From Candidatus Thorarchaeota archaeon (GTDB taxonomy: Archaea > Asgardarchaeota > Thorarchaeia > Thorarchaeales > Thorarchaeaceae): DNA of 64,000 nt. Location: the NCBI GenBank assembly GCA_963726195.1, contig CAVSBO010000004.1:288001-352000 (forward strand). Reading direction: 5' to 3'. Within the stretch, counting starts at the first letter, position 1, and every line of letters starts with the position of its first letter. Under the pieces are notes generated by a model that was not told the DNA's origin, made no database searches, and was given only the letters and a program-made list of their open reading frames with translations. A program made the position numbers and the translations under genes. Positions 58,580 through 64,000 of this stretch are shown piece after piece.

Positions 58580-61500
58580 GACCTCTTCCTCCTCGTCCCG
58601 CTACTCTGGACAGCCGTCTCAGGTTTCTCTTTACGAAGTATCTCTTTGAGATACCTTCCAGTGTATGAGTTCTCGCATCCGGCCACTTCCTCCGGGGATC
58701 CCTCTGCAATGAGGTAGCCGCCTTCATCGCCGCCCTCGGGACCTAAATCTATGACCCAATCAGCTGTCTTAACCACATCAAGTTGGTGTTCCACAACGAG
58801 TACAGTGTTACCCAAGTCCACCAGTTTGTGGAGAACCTCGAGCAGCTTCTTGATGTCCGCAAAATGAAGGCCAGTAGTTGGTTCGTCGAGAAGAATCAAG
58901 GTTTGACCCGTGGCAGGTCGTGAGAGGAACTTGCTGAGCTTGATTCTCTGTGCCTCGCCACCGCTGAGTGTGGTCGCGGGCTGACCCAGCTGAACGTAAC
59001 CCATGCCGACGTCATAGAGGGTCTTGAGCTTGCGATGAATTGATGGAATGTCTGTGAAGAACTCAAGCGCTTCGTCAGTCCTCATCGCAAGGATATCAGC
59101 TATGTTCTTCCCTCTGTAACGGACCTGAAGTGTCTCCCTGTTGTATCGCCGCCCCTTGCACTCAGCGCAGGTTACTTCGACTGGCGGCAAGAACTGCATC
59201 TCTATGACTTCAACGCCAGCGCCCTTGCACTTCTCGCATCGTCCGCCTTTTACATTGAAGCTGAACCTGCCCGGCTGGTATCCTCTGATCTTTGCCTCGG
59301 GCAGATTGGAGAGGAGGTCTCTGATGTCAGAGAACAGGCTAACATAAGTCGCGGGGTTAGACCTCGGCGTGCGGCCGATGGGGCTCTGGTCAATGATGAT
59401 GACCTTGTCTCACTGCTCAGCGCCAATGATTGCATCGCATTCGCCGGGCGTGGCCGTCGCGTTGTAGAACCTTCTTGCCAACTCCCTCTGAAGGGTCTCG
59501 TCTATCAGGCTCGACTTCCCGCTGCCCGATACGCCCGTGACACATACGAAGAGTCCCAGAGGTATGCGCACGTTGATGGACTTGAGATTATGATGCCGTG
59601 CACCCTTTATCTCAATGTATCTACCATTCGGCTGTCTTCGAACAGAGGGGACGGGTATCTTGTCCTCCCCCCGAAGGTACTTGGCCGTCAATGATTTCTT
59701 CGATGCAAGTACTTCATCGACCGTTCCTGCAACAACAACTCGACCCCCTTCATCACCAGCCCCGGGTCCCAGGTCAACGAGGTAGTCAGCAGCCCTCATT
59801 GTAGACTCGTCATGTTCTACCACGACTACGGTGTTCCCTATGTCTCGCAGGCTCTTGAGCGAGTTAAGGAGTCGCAGATTATCACGTTGATGAAGCCCGA
59901 TGGAAGGCTCATCACAAACGTAGGTAACTCCCACAAGATTGGACCCAATCTGACTTGCAAGTCGTATTCTCTGTGCCTCTCCGCCAGCAAGTGACGGTGC
60001 CGGCCGATCAAGTGTCAGATAGTCGAGACCAACCTCCACAAGGAAACCTATCCTTCCCATTATCTCTTTGATGATTGGATGGGCAATCGGTTCTTCTCTC
60101 GGCGTCAAGACCACGGATTGAAAGAACTTGGAGAGATCTTTGATGGACATCCTGTTCACGTCCGTTATCGACAGGTCCCTGAACTTCACGGCAGTCGACT
60201 CGGGTCGAAGCCGCAAACCCTTGCATACTGGGCACTCGTGATCGACCATGAACTTCTCGAGCCACTGGCGTATGTAGTTTGACTTGGTCGTCTTGTAGTT
60301 GCGTTCCATCTGTGCAATCACGCCGCGAAACGGACCGAGCGTGCTGCCCTCCCATTGGGTCTTTGCCGGGTCATCTCCCCAATGCCAGTCGATTTTGATT
60401 TCCTCGTTGCCAGTTCCCAAAAGGACCTTATCCCTATCCTCTGGCTTCAGGTCTCTCCACGGGGTGCTCATCGAAAACCCGTACTTGTCAGCGACTGCTT
60501 TGATGGATGATGAGTGGGCCATCCAGTTATAGGGTGCGATGGCTCCCTGAGATATGGAGAGCGAGTCGTCTGGTATTACGAGTTTCAGGTCAATCTCCCT
60601 GATTGCTCCCAATCCTGTGCAGCTCGGACAAGCGCCGTGGGGGGTGTTCCAAGAAAACAGACGCGGCTCCATCTCTGGCAAGCTTATGCCGCAGTCAACG
60701 CACGCAAACTTCTCTGAGAGAGTAAGACTGCCGGAATCGGTGGCGATGGTCACAACTCTGTCGGCCATCTTTAGCGCGGTCTCTACGGCTTCTGAGATCC
60801 TTGCTCGCTGTGAGTTGGAGACCTTGAGCCGGTCGATGACAACTTCGATTGTGTGCTTGTAGTAACGGTCCAGTGACATGCCCTCTTCGATGTCTTTCAG
60901 TTCTCCATCGACGCGGACTCTGACAAATCCCTTCTCAAGCAGGTCGCGGAACTCTTTCCTGTACTCACCTTTCCTTTCTCTAACAATCGGTGCCATTATG
61001 GCAATGCTTGTCCCCTCTCCAAGGGCAAGAACCCTATCGACAATCTGCTGGGCAGTCTGGGGTTCGATTCTCTTGCCGCAGTTGGGACAGTGGGGAACAC
61101 CGACACGGGCGAACAGAAGCCTCAGGAAATCATAGATCTCTGTGATAGTGCCGACCGTGCTTCTCGGATTGTGACCTGCGCTCTTCTGGTCAATCGAAAT
61201 CGATGGGGATAGGCCAGACATGTAGTCCACCTTGGGCTTCTCAAGCATGCCGAGAAACTGTCGAGCGTAAGCTGAAAGCGATTCCACGAAGCGGCGCTGC
61301 CCCTCTGCGAATATCGTATCGAATACCAGACTGGACTTGCCCGAACCAGAGACACCAGTGACTACCGTCAGCTTGTTCCGAGGAATCTGCAGGTCGATGT
61401 GCTTGAGATTGTGCTCTGCAGCGCCACGAATGACGATGTCCTGTGGACCTTCCGTGTCCAGCTGAACGCTTTTGGCACGAGACCTAGACCTTGATGCCAT
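58576..61500 (-). CDS. uvrA: Excinuclease ABC subunit A, first paralogue (in-frame TGA at 59410-59412)
   Basis: GVSGSGKSS twice, [43 protein letters not shown]; ORFs 59410-61500 and 58576-59199 are in the same frame. Confidence 0.95.
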
Positions 61501-61503
61501 CGA

Positions 61504-63485
61504 CTACCGCCCTTCAATCTTCGTCTGCAGTTCACGAATCTGGTCTCGCAGTTCCGCAGCCTTCTCGAAATCGAGGTTCCTTGCTGCTTCCTTCATGTCT
61601 TCCTCAAGATTCACAATCAGCTCTGTGATGTTCTCCAAATCGACTAGGTCAAAGTCAGCTATCTTGGCCTGCTTAGGCTTCTTCTTCGATGGGATGCGCT
61701 CAGCAATATCGTATACGGATTTCACTATGGTCTTGGGCGTGATACCGTGTTGCTCGTTGTATCGCAGCTGGTACTCCCTGCGCCGGTTGGTCTCATTGAT
61801 TGCCGCCTGCATCGCCGCAGAGACATGATCACCGTAGAGTATGACCCGTCCGTTGACATTCCTTGCAGCTCGTCCCATTGTTTGAATGAGCGCCCATTCG
61901 CTTCTCAGGAAACCCTCCTTGTCAGCATCGAGAATGGCCACAAGGGAGACTTCTGGCAGGTCGAGACCCTCCCTTAGGAGGTTAATGCCAACGAGCACGT
62001 CGAATCTGCCAAGACGCAGGTCACGGATGATCTCTATGCGCTCAACCGTATTGATGTCCGAGTGAAGATACCTAGCCTTCACGCCGTTTTCCACTAGGTA
62101 TTCCGACAGCATCTCAGCGGTCTTTTTCGTGAGCGTAGTCACCAGCACTCGCTCATGTCTGGCCGCGGTCGTCCCTATCTCAGCCAGCAAGTCGTCGACC
62201 TGATTTCCAACGGGCTTCACTGTTATTTGCGGGTCGATCAGACCAGTAGGTCTCAGTAGCAATTCTACAATCTGACTACTTGCCTTTCTCTCATATGGCC
62301 CCGGTGTCGCGCTTGTGAAGATTGTGTGTTTCATGTAGCCCTTGAACTCATCGAACTTCAATGGACGATTGTCGTAAGTCTGACGGGAGTCTGAAACCAT
62401 AATCGACGAGGCTCTGCTTGCGAGATATGTCCCCGTGATACATCCCTTCCACCTGTGGAATGCTCATGTGGCTCTCGTCAATAATCATCAGAAAGTCTTC
62501 TGGAAAGTAATCAAGGAGACAGTAGGGCTTCTCACCCTGCTTCCTGCCGTCTATATGTCGGGAGTAGTTCTCGACACCCCCACACGATCCGGTCTGCCTG
62601 AGCATCTCCATGTCGTAGAGCGTCCGTCGGCGGAGCCGATCTGCCTCGACGAGCTTCCCCTGCTTCTTGAACCACTCAACGCGCTCTTCCATTTCGGCTT
62701 CAATCGAGTCCAAGGCGGCGATAGTTTTCTCATGGCGGGCTACGTGGTGCTTTGCAGGCCAGATGTCTATCCCGCGTTCCTCGAATATCCTGCGGGATGT
62801 CAGTGAATCAACTATTGATATTCGGTCTATCCTGTCGCCGTCGAGCTGGAGCCTTGTGGTCTCCGACTCGTAACCCGGATGAATGTCAATTACATCTCCA
62901 CGCACGCGAAATGTACCTGCTTTGAGTTCCATGTCGTTGCGCTCGTACTGCATTGACACTAGCTTTTCGAGAAGCGCGCGTCTTTCAATCTCTTGGCCCA
63001 CCTCAAGCGTCAGAGCAAGCTCGGTATACTCTTTGGGGTCGCCGAGGTTGTAGATACAGGAAACAGAAGCCACGACCACAACATCACTGCGGGTCTTGAG
63101 AGAGCGTGTGGTGGAGTTACGAAGCCTGTCTATCTCTTCGTTGATGTCCGTCTCTTTCTCGATGTACATGTCTTTGCTGGGAACATAGGCTTCTGGCATG
63201 TAGTAGTCATAGTATGAAACGAAGTACTCGACTGCGTTTTCGGGCAGGAAATTTCTGTACTCGGCTGCGAGCTGGGCTGCAAGTATCTTGTTGTGAGAGA
63301 TGACGATGGTGGGCTTTCCGTACTGAGCTATGACGTTGGCCATGACGAAGGTCTTGCCGGAGCCCGTGACACCGAGCAGAGTCTGCTCCTGAAGCCCACT
63401 GTTCAGGCCCTCCACGAGCTTCTGCAGCGCGTCGGGCTGATCTCCAGTGAGTTTGAACGGGGCAACCAGACTTGAAGTCCGCCAT
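61504..63485 (-). CDS. uvrB: Excinuclease ABC subunit B (+1 frameshifts near 63470 and 62380)
   Basis: [58 protein letters not shown]-terminal UVR. Confidence 0.97.
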
Positions 63486-63804
63486 CTGCTCTAGCCTCGA
63501 CCAGCGCAACGCATGCCTGATTACAAGTAAGGCTTATGGTACCTGCCACGCGCCGACTTGCCACGGCTGTTAGCCCTTCCTTGTATCTTTCTGTTTGCTC
63601 ATGTCCGCGGTGAAGAACGCGACACTAGTAGAGAGATAGTCGAAAGTATGACGGGCATGGGAGCTACGATTTGGCTGCTCGAAAAGTAGCTCTGGATAAA
63701 CGAATGGAGAGAGTTCTTCGCTCTTGTTCATTCGCGCCACTTAAATATCGGCGTGCGTGCGCTCCTTCAAGATGCAACTAGGCGACTTGACTAGGTGACT
63801 TAGC

Positions 63805-64000
63805 TTGATTGAACTTCGTGGATTACTCTACAAGACTTTGGAGAATATAGTTGGGCCGGAAAACGTATCCGACAAGGATTTTGACCTTGAGGCCTACACT
63901 CGGGACTTGAGTTCAGCTCCAGAAAAGAGAGCGTCGTTTGTTGTCCGACCCAGTACAACAGAGCAGGTTTCAACCATCCTTAGAGTGGCAAACCGGTATA
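63805..64000 (+). CDS. FAD-binding oxidoreductase (GlcD/FAD_binding_4-like), 5' part only
   Basis: L..IVG.ENVS......AY.RD.......FVVRP.TTEQVS.ILR.AN runs off the window end. Confidence 0.8.
   Translation, partial: MIELRGLLYKTLENIVGPENVSDKDFDLEAYTRDLSSAPEKRASFVVRPSTTEQVSTILRVANRY

Noticed and set aside
55699-61500. The two uvrA genes as an assembly duplication or a single fused gene
   Set aside because: The sequences are highly diverged, and a stop/start overlap with a frame change separates them
1-64000. Genome-wide TGA reassignment
   Set aside because: tatD, mtnP, uvrC and many other genes end at TGA at their expected C-termini
1-64000. CRISPR array, IS element, integrase or provirus
   Set aside because: No regularly spaced repeats, transposase, recombinase or virion genes were recognised

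Overview
This is a gene-dense archaeal chromosomal segment. Gene content suggests an Asgard archaeon, possibly Thorarchaeia-like; that assignment is inference from a bipartite eukaryote-type Rpb5, a Vps28-like protein, a PRMT-like methyltransferase and many archaeal families. I found no rRNA, tRNA, CRISPR array or recognisable mobile element. There are about 60 protein genes, many in DNA repair and nucleic-acid metabolism: TatD, Nre, EndoQ-like PHP nuclease, a beta-CASP nuclease, an archaea-specific Ski2-like helicase, a HerA-like ATPase, a RecJ/GAN-like DHH protein, a MazG-like protein, and a uvrB-uvrA-uvrA-uvrC operon with two full-length UvrA paralogues. Other genes include a DtxR-FeoA/FeoB iron-uptake operon with two visible operator palindromes, purine salvage enzymes, transporters and several uncharacterised proteins. 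At least 15 single-base frameshifts and two in-frame TGA codons interrupt otherwise intact genes, most likely from an unpolished assembly. The best leads are: a possible heterodimeric UvrA, with one copy carrying a degenerate GLH motif; a stand-alone coiled-coil/Vps28-CTD-like protein; an unannotated 33-aa acidic peptide divergent from a basic ChrB/Cas2-fold-like protein; a stand-alone two-domain Rpb5; a PRMT-like enzyme; an HD-CinA fusion; and a recurring AGGGGT-loop-ACCCCT hairpin family at convergent gene ends. All homology calls come from motif recognition by eye; no searches were run.
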